Below, piece after piece: positions 12,502 to 24,853 of a stretch of DNA of 64,000 nt. The stretch comes from Eledone cirrhosa (Eukaryota), in assembly GCA_964016885.1 (NCBI GenBank), contig OZ024746.1, forward strand, positions 38,130,001-38,194,000. The letters are read 5' to 3'. The notes beneath the pieces were generated by a model, which was given only the letters and a program-made list of their open reading frames with translations, was not told the origin of the DNA and did not search any database. Numbering within the stretch: position 1 is the stretch's first letter; the number at the start of each line of letters is the position of its first letter. A program made the position numbers and the translations under genes.

Positions 12502-14041
12502 ACCTATACAAACATATAATAATATATTTTCAGACAAAGTTTATCACAAAGTGTAAGACTGCCTCGAAGGAGCATGGAAGCCGTTTTGTCATCACGAATC
12601 GCCAAAAACCTGCACGTATTTATAGAGAGAATTTCCTGTTTGCATCACTTTTCACAACATAGCATCATGCACGAATCTCACACAAGATCTTCCACCCACC
12701 TATCTCCTGAGTCAAACACACATTAACGAGATACATTACATGCATGTCATTTATACACAACACAACATACACACGCACACATACACATACATACACACAC
12801 TTATACACACACTTATACACACACACACGCACACACAGATACACACACACACACACACACACAGAGTCTCCTCCTCTCTATGTCACTTACTCACTCCCTT
12901 ATTTCTCTCGCTCTTTCTTTCTCTTAATCTGACCCCCCCCCCCCATTATTTCAATCAACCCCCTTAGTGTACTCATGTTCTTACCTGCGTACGTTACATC
13001 ATACCTATACACTCACTATCTGAACTACTCATGCACTGAACAGTATAAACACACTCATACACACATTGCATAAATTACACGAATATATTTACCTTCACAT
13101 TCTTCTCCTCACAACTTTTACGCGCATCTTCCGTATATACATACACATGTGCGAACACACATTCTCTCTGTCCCATTCTCTCTTTCTCAATCTCTGTCAT
13201 TTATTTCTATCTCTCTTTGTCTCACTTTCTCTCTCATTCACGCACTTACGCAAAACAAATTTTTTTTTAAAATGACACCCATACACGCTCTACACATATA
13301 TACTTATTTTATGACTATATTATGCATACATTATACACTACACTCTCTTTCTCATCCAAACACATTCATACGTTATCGTACCAACACGTGCCTAAACATG
13401 ACAACATACACAGTTACGTAGCAAGAAAATCGAAACTAGACGTAATTTCGAGATTTTGTTGATGTGTTTTAGTATAACCATTGTTTCTTTTGAAACTCCA
13501 TTACTATTTGCTAAGATGGCACGTTGTTGATATCACCCTACTACTTTCCTATCCTTCATTACAATCTCTCTCGGCTTCTCTATGTATCCCTCTGAGTATA
13601 TATATATATATATGTGTGTGTGTCTTTCTTTACATATATATATTGAGAGAGAGAGAGAAAGAAGGAAAATAGGGAGAGGAGATAAAATGACAGAGGAAAT
13701 GTGAGAGAGATTTCAAACATAGACTTCTCTGTCCTTCTCACTCTTCATTCCTGTGTTACTGTCAGAATATTCACCGTCCATATCAATGCATCTATAAATT
13801 TCTTTTGAAGAAGTCTTCAAAAATACAGTGATAATGGTATTCTATAATGTATGTCTTCTCGTTTTGTTTTGTTTCTGTTTATTTATTTTTCCTACTGGCT
13901 TTACAGGTTCTACTTCTTCATTATTGTTTTGTTTTTCTTTTAGAAAAGTTTGAAATTTCTTCGTCCTCGTATTCATTTTTGGTTCTTTGTGTATATATGG
14001 GTATTGAAATATACATATATGTGTGTATATATGTATATATA

Positions 14042-14088
<47 letters not shown>

Positions 14089-14090
<2 letters not shown>

Positions 14091-14286
14091 CGAAGGAAAT
14101 GTGGTAAGGAACCAGGTGGACCATAACGCACCAAAGTACTCAATACTTAGGGTAGTAGAGTGGGTAATAGGAACGAGTAGGACCCCGACGGCTGAGCTCA
14201 AGCCGTTTCGACGGCTAATTCTGGACGTCCAGAATTAGCCGTCGAAACGGCTTGAGCTCAGCCGTCGGGGTCCTACTCGTTCCTAT
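14089..14286. mobile_element. Family A element ending in a perfect 120-bp palindrome (14167-14286)
   Basis: Centre ctggac|gtccag with 60-bp arms. Embedded in (TA)n and homologous to 51364-51562 and 60034-60220. Confidence 0.9.
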
Positions 14287-14309
14287 ATATATATATATAT
14301 ATATATGCG

Positions 14310-14343
<34 letters not shown>

Positions 14344-15248
14344 ATGTATGTTTTATATATATATATACATATATGTGTGTATGTATGTATTTATATATAT
14401 ATATATGTATGCATTTATATATATATATGTATATATAGACACACATATATATGTTCGTATAAACGTGCGAACGTATCTATAGACCGATATATTTTGTGAT
14501 GTGTTTTGAATACACCAATTTGCCAACTTCAACATATATTTAAATATCAATAGGGATAATAACAGCTTAATTTAAAATCTTCCAATTAACGAATTAATTC
14601 TGTTTATTGCTCGAATGCATTGTTAATTGGTGATTTCAATCTTCTACAAATACCGGTTTCAGCTTACTCCGTTAACAAATATGGTTAAATAAAACATTGA
14701 TTTTCTAAGAAGCGCGCATCTCCTAAAGTTAATAAAAATATTTAATGCATTGATTCTATTGCTGGGTGTATAAATACTTGGTCAGAGGAAGAAAGACAGT
14801 ACCCTTACTCTCTTGATACCTTGCTTCTCTTGTGGGACCCAGCACTCGTTAAATCAAAGATGTCGGCCGATTAATTGCAATAGACTGGTTTGCCCTAAAA
14901 TGTTTAACCCCGGGTGGCGGTCCTGAAGCGTGTGAGATTTTATAATGACAATTCAAGTGTATTTAGAATTTAATTTAAGGACACCCGACCCCGAAACATT
15001 AAATCTGTCCAAACTAAATTCGGCCCATCATATTCATTTCCGTACCTCATGTCAATCAATGTGTTCATCTGTAATATTACTTCACGGTTAATTTATGTTG
15101 GCAGCCACGGAATGATAAATATAGACAGGACAACCAGGAATTGTAAGCGGTTGAAGAAAGGTATTCATGACTAGTGCTTTTATGATGCTAAGAAACAACA
15201 ACAAAATATTAAGCCTGAATCGAATTGGCATTATTTCATGATACCCGT

Positions 15249-15430
15249 ATAATTTTTTCTACTTTTGGCAGAAGGTCAGCAATGACCCAGTACATTACTG
15301 GTACTTTATTTTATCGACCCCGTAATGATGAAAGGCAAAGTTAACCTCGGCGAGATTTGAATAAAGGGACATAACTGTATGCTTCAAAGCATTGTGTTCG
15401 ACTCTCTATCGATACTGCCAGCCCAGCGCC
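15249..15430 (-). mobile_element. tRNA-derived SINE (main family) with TSD
   Basis: Consensus match flanked by atg(a/g)tacccgtataat. Confidence 0.88.
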
Positions 15431-15849
15431 CTTATAATGGTACCCGTATAATGAAATACAAACACAGTCGCTTATGTACGAACTCAAACATCAGCAACGA
15501 AACATCGACGCAATACCAATTCTTTTAGTTCCATTGATTTATTTCAAATGTAATAGTAAACAGTTGAATATCATTCAAAGTATAATGATGCATTGAAATA
15601 GATCTTCTGTTTAAAACTCTTGCTGAGATTTACTTTGTCTTTAAACTTTCCCTTGTCGAATGTGTAGTAGCCACTAGAAGCTTTTTTTTTTTTGTTTTCA
15701 GACATCCCTACAAATATGCTGTATCACCTAGCCTAATTTTAGATAAACAAGGTGGGATTGAATTATCAAATGTAGTCTATTAAAAATGATTTCAAGAAAT
15801 TCTAGTTAAGGTATTACACCAAGCCGCTACTTCTACGAATTGAGAATTC

Positions 15850-16070
15850 TCATCTTCTATATTACGGGCATGGGGTTAGAATGTTTCAGGAAACAATCGC
15901 TGGACACATGTTACGGGGGAAACCAACCTGCAGGAGATCCAGAGGTAGATCCCGAACAAGGTAGTTGGAGATTCAGCCGGATCAATTGGAGACTGTTACT
16001 TCTGACAAGACCGGCTGGAAGGAGTGTTTGAGGGGATTTGAGTAAGAAGAAGAAGAAGAAGAAGAAGAAA
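15850..16070 (+). mobile_element. RTE-like LINE 3' end with (GAA)n tail
   Basis: Encodes RRSRGRSRTR*LE..RINWRLL (R.RGRPR.RW..R..WR motif), followed by (GAA)n. Confidence 0.6.
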
Positions 16071-16299
16071 CCATGTTGCTAGTTGTTTGCTATATCTTAA
16101 AGTTTGAACTTTAAAACGTTATCTCCCTTGGTAATGATGTTGATTGTATATACTCAGTCGTTTTCATTAATTTGGGACTTTATCCTAATATAAATATAAT
16201 GAGGTTGGAGCATATAATAATAATAAAAGCATTACTGTACATAGTGATCACATGAAAAATGTATTTCCTGTTTCTTTTGTTTGTGAAGAGACTTTGAAT

Positions 16300-16825
16300 G
16301 CTGCCAGAGACAAATGTCTTCAATCGATCAGACAAGATCCCTATGTGAGTCCAGCCGAGCTCAGGGATAATATCCAAATATCTTCCTCAGGGTCTCCCCC
16401 AAGGTTCTCTGCCGGTTCGGTTGGCCTGTATATCTGTCCAGTGAATCCTTTCTGAGACATTGTGACTACATGTATCTAGTTTCGAAGAAGTAGCGACACG
16501 ACTTGCAGCGACTTACTGATTTACGAGCGAAGAATTCTGTCGAATAACATTTTACCAACGCTACTTCAGAGGAACCTCATTTCGGCCGTTTGTTATTATC
16601 CAAGATGCATGAAAATAGTGAAGGTTCGCGTGAATTCCGAATTGAAGGTGACGAGCTTGTCACTAATTCAGTTACCTGCCTTTCGTCACCCGTAAAGATG
16701 GCCCTGAGATATTCGAAAATCTCCAGCTCCTTCACTGTAGCCCCACTCACATATAGAGAGCACGGCGGAGGCTTCCTTCAGATGACAAGTGTCTCAGTCT
16801 TCACATCACTGATTTTCATTCCTGC
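16300..16825 (-). mobile_element. RTE-like LINE, C-terminal RT/ORF2 fragment
   Basis: MKISDVKTETLVI..VSGATVKELEIFEYLRAIFT (KT..M..F.YLG motif)..RTLGRP*GRYLDII. Confidence 0.7.
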
Positions 16826-17204
16826 CATATATACGCGTGTGTGTGTGTGTGTGTGTGTGTATAAGTGTCGCGCTGTATGTGGGTGTGGATGTCTGTGTTT
16901 ATTTCCGTATAATTTTATATCTATATATCTATGTATCTAACTATTTGTTTGTAGGATCAATTTTTTTAAAAAAGCATTTGACTCTAAATTTATTTGGTTT
17001 GAGCAACACCACCGTTACCATCATGACAATCTCTTCTGCGTTTTATCGTTGGCTTTATATAATAGTGATAATTTATATTAGACATTTTTCTTTAATTTTA
17101 AGGTGTCAGATTGTTGCACAGTAAATTTCTATCTCTCAATTTCTTAATTAACTGCTTCTCGCTAATTGATGCGGGTACTTGCACTTTTATACTTCATAAT
17201 AATT

Positions 17205-17380
17205 TATGTGGTTTCTGATTCAGGAACAAGGCCAACAATTTTTAAAGAGGTGAAAACCCGATTAAATCAAGCCCAGTGCATTATCGACCCCATACAAGTT
17301 AACGTAGAATGTAAAATGCCTTAACTCTATGCCATGAGGCATGTTGTCCGACGTTGTGTTGATACTGCCATCTCACCACT
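17205..17380 (-). mobile_element. Diverged tRNA-derived SINE copy
   Basis: gtttctga..acaaggccaacaatt..ttatcgacccc..gatactgcca..cacc. Confidence 0.65.
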
Positions 17381-17397
17381 CATTATAGCTTCATTAT

Positions 17398-17588
17398 AGG
17401 TGGAATGGCAGTATCGGTAGAGGGTCGGACGCCAGGCTTTGCAGCAAAGAGTTACGGCCCTTTATGATCATAGTTCAAATCCCGCCGAGGTTAACTTTGC
17501 CTTTCATCCTTACGGGATAGATAAGATAAAGTACCAGTAATACACTGGATTAATTGCTGGCCTTGTGTCACTAGTAGAAACAATTATA
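17398..17588 (+). mobile_element. tRNA-derived SINE (main family)
   Basis: A box tggcagtatcgg, B box gttcaaatcc, central domain and the agtagaaacaattat end. Confidence 0.9.
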
Positions 17589-17689
17589 ATTTATATAACA
17601 AATATTTTTGGTATTTGAATACAACATTGTATAACTACGTCTAGAGACTGTTAAGTTAAATTTCGTGGGTGTAATGGAGAGTCTGTCGG

Positions 17690-18780
17690 TTCCAGGAAAC
17701 TGTCATCCTTTTGTTTTCTAGTGACATAATATATACACATCTATTAGAGGAATAGTTTGGCTTTCGCCGTGGACGGTCTTTCGCAGAACAAATCTCAACC
17801 CCGATGTAGATCATAGAGAAATCTAGATATCTTGGAGCTCTACGTGCCAGCATATATATTGACTTCATAAAATACGTAGACATTGTATATAACCCCTCAA
17901 TTTCGAACATCCTTAATTCCTATGACATCCACATGGTTTGTTGATGGTTGAATGATTTATGGACTGTATCCGGAGAGAAGACACCGGAAGCGATTGAATA
18001 TAAATTCTCGGTGTTTTCAAACCGATGTATTCTGTCACGTCTCCTATTGATAATATCCATTTAATGAGCGATGCCAGGGTTAATTCAATAAAAATGCATT
18101 TATGAGGATGAGGAAGTGATCGTCTTAAATTGGATATTCAATATTTCCTGCTACTTGTTGATGATATCAACAGCCATGCATGAGTCACCTGCCTCAATAA
18201 CAGTGAAAATATAACCAACACCCAACGGAACAGAGAATAATTTTTGGTCTCATTTCCACTGATGTATATGTATCGACTAGAACAGAATTCAGAAATTAGA
18301 GAACATCACATATCTTCACAATTCCATTAGTAATAATAACTACCTACACCAAAAATTGCTGTCCTCTATCCAATCACCCGAATAATATATAGAGCATCCC
18401 TTAAAATGAAAGTAAGATCCCATAAATTCAATGTCATGTCCACACTGCTATGGTATTCCTAAGGCTGGCCATTTAAAGTCTCTCAGGAGAAGAAAATATA
18501 TACTTTCCTCACAAATTATCTATGAGAAATCGTGAGTGTCAATTTCTGCTAATTTGTGTTGAAGGTGGGACGTCAGAGTCAGATCCCCGCGGCCTATTGT
18601 ATCAAATGCATATCTTGCAGCTCGCCTTATAGATTGGGCACCAGAATGTCAGCGAAGAAAGTTCTGGCCAAAATGACCGGAGTGCAAATATTGAAAATCA
18701 AATTTCCGACTTGCCATCAAGAGATAGGATGACATCAAGAGCCTGGATGCAGGCAAAACAGAATTGGGCACGTTCACTGC
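17690..18780 (+). mobile_element. Degraded RTE-like LINE RT
   Basis: LLEE*FGFRRGRSFAEQI..IIEKSR..IYIDFIKYVD corresponds to Q.GFR.GRS..DQIF..F.D..KAFD; LLVDDI near 18150 corresponds to the YADD motif. Confidence 0.7.
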
Positions 18781-19551
18781 CTCAGGTATAGCACACATCT
18801 GTATCTATGCCGTGAAATGTTGCTGTGATTAAACTACACGTTTTTCTATATTTTTGACAGACAAAATACCTACTTTTTCTGGATATATATAGAAAATAAA
18901 TCCATCATTTAACCACAATGTCTATTTTCGAGGTTATTCAACACAGCTTTTCTCTAAACACTCAGATTGAAAGGTCATATTACATATCCATTTTTCTCAA
19001 AGTCTGTTAGACCAAGTAATTATTCTTTACGCACGTTTATTTATTTATACACATATCTTTTAATATGTCACGCTGCACTTCGAGAACTAAGAATAAAATG
19101 ATCAATGAAGGCATATGATCGACTAAATTCCTTGTAGGTGGTGCCCCCAGTATGTGCACACACGCACAAGCACACATACGCATATACATGTATAAAAGGC
19201 AAATGAGTACAAGGGAGGGGGGCAATTAAAGTGCGAGATTTTAAATCAAAATATACAAAAATTGAATTTATCTGTAAATGGAGTCAAGTGGTTGAAATAT
19301 ACATGCACAATAACAGAATTAATTTGTATAGAAAGAACTTATTTCTGCCGAATAGAAAGAGAAGAAAATCTCACGTTTCGGGTTAAACCGACTATTAAAA
19401 TAGAGAAAGAAAGGAAAATTATGAAAGACGTGTTAGATTAAAACCACACTACTTTGGCAAGAAATAGTGTAATGACTACATACTGCTGTAATCATGTATT
19501 ACACACACACACATACACACATACACACATACACACCCAACCACACATACG

Positions 19552-19624
<73 letters not shown>

Positions 19625-19645
19625 GCATTCATACACATATATATA

Positions 19646-19709
<64 letters not shown>

Positions 19710-20584
19710 CATATATATATATATATACATAGAAACGTGTATATGTTTGCATTTGTTTATGTTTGTATACATGTATGTGTATATTTGTGTGTGCATGTGT
19801 GTATATGACTGAGTGCACTTCAAGGTTAGTGTTTGAATGTTTAAATTTGTGTGTTTTAAAGGTCAACAAATTTCGATAAATTGTACGATGAAACTATGTG
19901 TATATTCCTTCTTATTCAAATGTCTATGAGTTTATGGTTACGTGTTGCTGTGCGGGTGTATATATATATATATATCTTTACGTGAAACATCTACAGGTTT
20001 ATATATGTTTTCTTTAGTATCGATGGATTTTTGACTATATTTTTTATGAATTATGCAGAAACATGACCATCTATGAATACCGCTAGCCCCATTCAATCGA
20101 TATTTTCTGATCACTGCGTATATGAGCTTTTGAAACAAATTCACTATTGGGAAACATCCATAGACATATAAGCACAGGTATACACAAACATTATCACACA
20201 CACAACCGCATGAATACATTCATACACCGCATTCATAGATAGAGATATTTTGATTTATATACACGTGTATGAGTATGAATTATTATTATGTTGCATATAT
20301 GTATTCAAAATGTGTTGTTTTGTTTTTACTGTATAGAAATAGTCATATATTTACTTATATACTGTCACGTAAAAACGCAGCGCATACACGACTCTATAGA
20401 TTTTGTGTTTCAAGAAAATATCTTACTAAGCTCAAAACAAGTTATGCAGGTACATAATCCTTTCTGAATGTATGCGTTAAGAAATGACTGTGCCTGTAAT
20501 ATATTGACTTTTTGTAAAATGTTTATGCAACCGTATAGAAGTATATGATATCGGTAGTGTGGGTGGGCTATATAAGAACAGTAG

Positions 20585-20639
20585 AGCAAATATTTATTTC
20601 AGAAGATCCCGTTAAGGGTGAAAGCAGCGATTCTTTGCT
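20585..20639 (+). ncRNA. Degenerate HHR-like motif
   Basis: CAGAAGA-t-CCC gttaa GGG-t-GAAA, with flanking agcaaa/tttgct pairing. Confidence 0.45.
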
Positions 20640-20727
20640 TAAACTTTAATCTGCTATTTTAATAAATGTATATATATATATATATGTATATATAGCCCAC
20701 GCACAGGCACACACCCACACACACACT

Positions 20728-20780
<53 letters not shown>

Positions 20781-20994
20781 GTATACATATATTAATATAT
20801 AACACGACAAATTTACCTGTCTCTGATACAATCTATTTCTATTTATACATAGATACATACAGAATTTTCTACATATGCATATAAACACACACGCAAACAC
20901 AGACACACACACACATTCCTCAAATTTATTTCATGACGACCCAATATATATATATATCTTAATTTACAAGTTTATAAAATAATTGTCTCTTAAT

Positions 20995-21195
20995 ACATAG
21001 GCATCTCAATGAAAGGAAAAGATATATCAATATATTAATAAACCAATAATCTAGTCTGAGATGTATTAAGAGTATTAAAAGTTATGGGGGATATAAGATA
21101 TATTGGCTAAAATAAGCCAATTCGAGGATATATAATGCACCAACCATCATTTCAAAACCTGAAAGACACAGCATTTGGAATTTGAAGGCATGCAC
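20995..21195 (+). mobile_element. Degraded PLE GIY-YIG fragment
   Basis: YIG*NKPIRGYIMHQPSFQN resembles YIG.T...R...H..SF of the element at 1183-1683. Confidence 0.35.
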
Positions 21196-21249
21196 TATTA
21201 CATTCATACATATATATGTATATTATGAAGGTGCGTTACAACTTTAGAC

Positions 21250-21470
21250 TGGCAATCGTGAAGTTGTGAGTTCGATTCCCGGAGTCGGCGCGATACGTAG
21301 GGTTCTTGAGTCATGTACTTTATTTCTCCTTATTCCAGTACACTCTGCTGCTACCAAGGTGCATGAACATTTCCCATGACTAAAATCAATGCATGGGCCA
21401 CTACTGGTCTTCCACAAACAGTCTTGTCCGGACAGGTGTCTCGTGAGGGTAAATGTGTAGTTTCAAATCC
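21250..21470 (+). mobile_element. tRNA-derived CORE-like SINE (second family), diverged
   Basis: B box gagttcgattccc followed by ttcttgag..actttatttc..tccagtacactc; related to the reverse strand of 23560-23780. Confidence 0.55.
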
Positions 21471-21502
21471 CATCGTCCTATATATATATATATATATATA
21501 TT

Positions 21503-21542
21503 CCGAGCTGAAGATCCGCTAAGGTGAAACAATTGTTCTCGG
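21503..21542 (+). ncRNA. Type I hammerhead ribozyme with intact core (family F)
   Basis: ccgag-CTGAAGA-t-CC gctaa GG-t-GAAA-CAATTG-TT-ctcgg. Stem I is a perfect 5 bp and stem III is palindromic. It lies in a ~70-bp insert between TA runs. Confidence 0.8.
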
Positions 21543-21573
21543 TATGGTGAACTAACTATTGTGTAACCACTTC

Positions 21574-21626
<53 letters not shown>

Positions 21627-21629
<3 letters not shown>

Positions 21630-21869
21630 AATTAGGCTGCTCAGCGGTTAATATGCATAAGGAAAGTATATATTTTCAAACGTTAAATTGACTGACAGGA
21701 AGGTATACGATGCTGATGACAGCTAATAAGCTAGAAACTAGTTCATCGTTCCTTAGTCAGTGTTGAACAAATAGGCAACGATGGTTGCCGAACACTTCAC
21801 GGCTACTAATTCAGGCTGAGTGTTTACAAACAAACCGAGCATTATAATAAATGGTCGGTAAACCCATGC

Positions 21870-21937
<68 letters not shown>

Positions 21938-22154
21938 TTGTGTGTGTGCATGTATGTATATATATACTTACTAGTGTACGTATGTATACATATATGTATG
22001 TACGTATACATACTTATATTTAAGTATTAGCCGTACAAAGAGTGAGAAATGAAATTTTATTTTTTCTATTTATCGTTTTCGGTACACCCGGCCGACCAAC
22101 TCACTCGATATGCTTATAATACTCGATATGCTTATAATAAATGTAATCCCATAC

Positions 22155-22214
<60 letters not shown>

Positions 22215-22330
22215 TGATGTATGTATATACATACTAGTGTACGTCTGTATACATATATGTATGACGTATACATACTTATATTTAAGTATCGGCCGTACTA
22301 AGAGTGAGAAATGAAATTTTATGTTTTCCC
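21627..22330 (+). mobile_element. Family N non-coding element with an intact HHR and a duplicated 3' segment (about 21950-22070 vs 22218-22322)
   Basis: Homologous to the reverse strand of 38115-38388 and bounded by TA runs. Confidence 0.75.
21691..21761 (+). ncRNA. Type I hammerhead ribozyme with intact core and extended stem I (family N)
   Basis: actgac-agga..acgatg-CTGATGA-c-AGCT aata AGCT-a-GAAA-CTAG-TT-catcgt-tcct-ta-gtcagt. Confidence 0.85.
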
Positions 22331-22332
22331 TT

Positions 22333-22367
<35 letters not shown>

Positions 22368-22554
22368 TTATATATACATATTTTTATACATACATACATA
22401 GATACATGCATACATAGATACACACAAACAAAAACACACTCATATACATATATTATTTATATATGTGTGTGTCTGTGTGTGTGTATGTGTATGTTGTGGG
22501 TGTGTGTATCGATGTATGTATGTATCTATCTAAGTATATATATATATACATAAA

Positions 22555-23000
22555 AGGTAAACCGAAATAACCACAAAATCGGTACAGTATATGGAAGGAG
22601 TATATTAGATTAATGCTTGAAATAGCAAGAAGATGGTCTTAACTTTTCGGACGCTAGTCCTTTATCAAAGACAAGAATGACAAATAAAAAGATTGAAAAG
22701 GAAGGCGGGGTGGAATTGGAAGAAATGTTTTTAAAGAAAAATAATAGGTCCACTCATGTTCCCATCTCTTGGAAAATTATTAATACAGGCGTTTTGTGTA
22801 TTATACACCATTTTAGAAAATTGGATGATGGAGCGCGTCTGCCTAAAATGGAAAAAAAGACTGTTTTGTATAAAAAGCTGTACTCGTGTCGCGTGCGTAT
22901 AGATGTTTTTATAGAAAGAGAAATAAAGACACAAAAAGAAAGAATTAAAAAGAGTCATGAAACAGGTAGACAAGTCAACATCTGAAAACAATGCAAATTG
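22555..23000 (-). mobile_element. PLE-like 3' end with a degenerate HHR (22636-22672)
   Basis: Minus strand reads gtct-TTGATAA-a-GGAC tagc GTCC-GAAA-AGTTA-agac. An upstream IIFQEMGT remnant resembles a GIY-YIG C-terminus. Confidence 0.55.
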
Positions 23001-23559
23001 GATACATAGATATTGAGTGAAAGAGAGATGAGCAGACTAGCAATCAAGCTCATTTATGTAGGTGAGTTGAATTATAATACATAAATACACAGTCACGAAC
23101 GCGCACGCATTTATTATATAGAGATTCAAAAGTGAATATAATCAGTCAGTCTGAATTATTATCTGATTGATAGATTATTGAACTGCTTGATTAAACAAAT
23201 TATTCTGAGTTAGCTGTAAGAGAATTGATATTTTTTCCGTCATAACAATGTCAAACTTATCTGTGCTACTGGGTCACAGCTTTTGTAATAATGTGTAGTT
23301 CGTTTTTATAGCCCCATTCTTCATTGGATTCTTTAAAACTAACGAGATCCGGACGTGAATTCCTTGCTGTATTTAAGCTCAGAATGGTAAGTGTTGTAGA
23401 TAAGTAATGTCTAACATCACTCTCACACCCCTTGGTTCTTAACTTATAGCAAAGAACCTAATAACAGAAAGCAAACCAAGCAGTGTCGGCTTGCTATAGG
23501 AAGCCAATCCCCTCGAATACACAGAAGACAAGTGTTATAATTGATATTATCAACGTAAC

Positions 23560-23780
23560 AGGTAGTTCGTGAATTAGGAATTAGAGAGTAAGTGGTTGAG
23601 CATTCCACAAATACGTGTATCCTTAACGTAATTCTCAGGATGATTCAGCGTTACGTAGAATGTGATAAGGATGACCCTTCGAATTACATATTCAACTCAT
23701 ATTTGCCAGCTGGGTGGTCTGGAGCCACGTAAGATAAAATGTCTTGCTCAAGGACACAACGCACCGCCGGGAATCGAACT
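23560..23780 (-). mobile_element. tRNA-derived CORE-SINE (second family)
   Basis: tgtcttgctcaaggacacaac is the CORE/MIR-like signature; ccgggaatcgaact is a reverse-strand B box. Confidence 0.75.
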
Positions 23781-24480
23781 AATCGACACCAATTCAGATA
23801 CCTTTACTGAATAATTAACATCAGTTTTTTGTTGTTATCTCGAGATTTTAACGACGGCTTTTAATATGGAATTAAAGTCGCCGTAGGTGAAGTTGACCTG
23901 ACACATACAGTCCTGTTATAACATCATATCAAATGGGACTTCTTGATATGATTGACGCTATCTATGTTACGTATTAGGTATACGTAATAACAGAACAATA
24001 ATACATGACATATTACATAAAGATAGTCGATGGTTGAATGACATTTACATGAATTTGGGAGGGGTCACCAAATGTTCTAAACGCTGGAAGTATTCATGGA
24101 AATATTAACCCCCACATCAACTCATATAAAGTAAAAAAGAAAGTAAATACATAAATCAATACATGGGACATAAAATTAGTGCCAATAAAGTATAATTATA
24201 TATAAATCAGAATGATACATAGGCAAATTGTATTTTATTGCAGTCAATATTTTACTCGACGGTCAATCGACCACTTTAGTAGTTACCTCGACAAGTGAGA
24301 GTCGATATCGACTATTTACTTTCGGGAACCTTGTACAGTAAGAAACACCCGCCTACAGGCGATATTTCTACTGATGAGAATAGTATACATACTGTAGCCG
24401 CGTTTGTATTCTTGGAATTGTAGCCATTCATCTAACAAACTTAAACATGAACTACTTTGCACATACACGTAAACACACAT

Positions 24481-24570
<90 letters not shown>

Positions 24571-24795
24571 ATGTGTGGGTGTGTGCGTGTGTATGCGTGC
24601 GTTCATGTGCGTGTGGTTATGATGTGCGCTTGTCTCCTATGAAGTTTATATATATATATATATAGATATATATATGTATGTATGTATTCATGTGTGTGGG
24701 CGTTTGTGTGTGCGTGTATGTGTATGTTGTACCCCAACATTCCATGGACTTTTGATGTATATTTATAGATATAATTGTGTAAAGCTATATGTATG

Positions 24796-24853
<58 letters not shown>

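Noticed and set aside
24370-24410. CTGATGA followed by a hairpin; also CTGACGA at 33241
   Set aside because: No correctly placed GAAA/stem III, so these are not counted as hammerheads.
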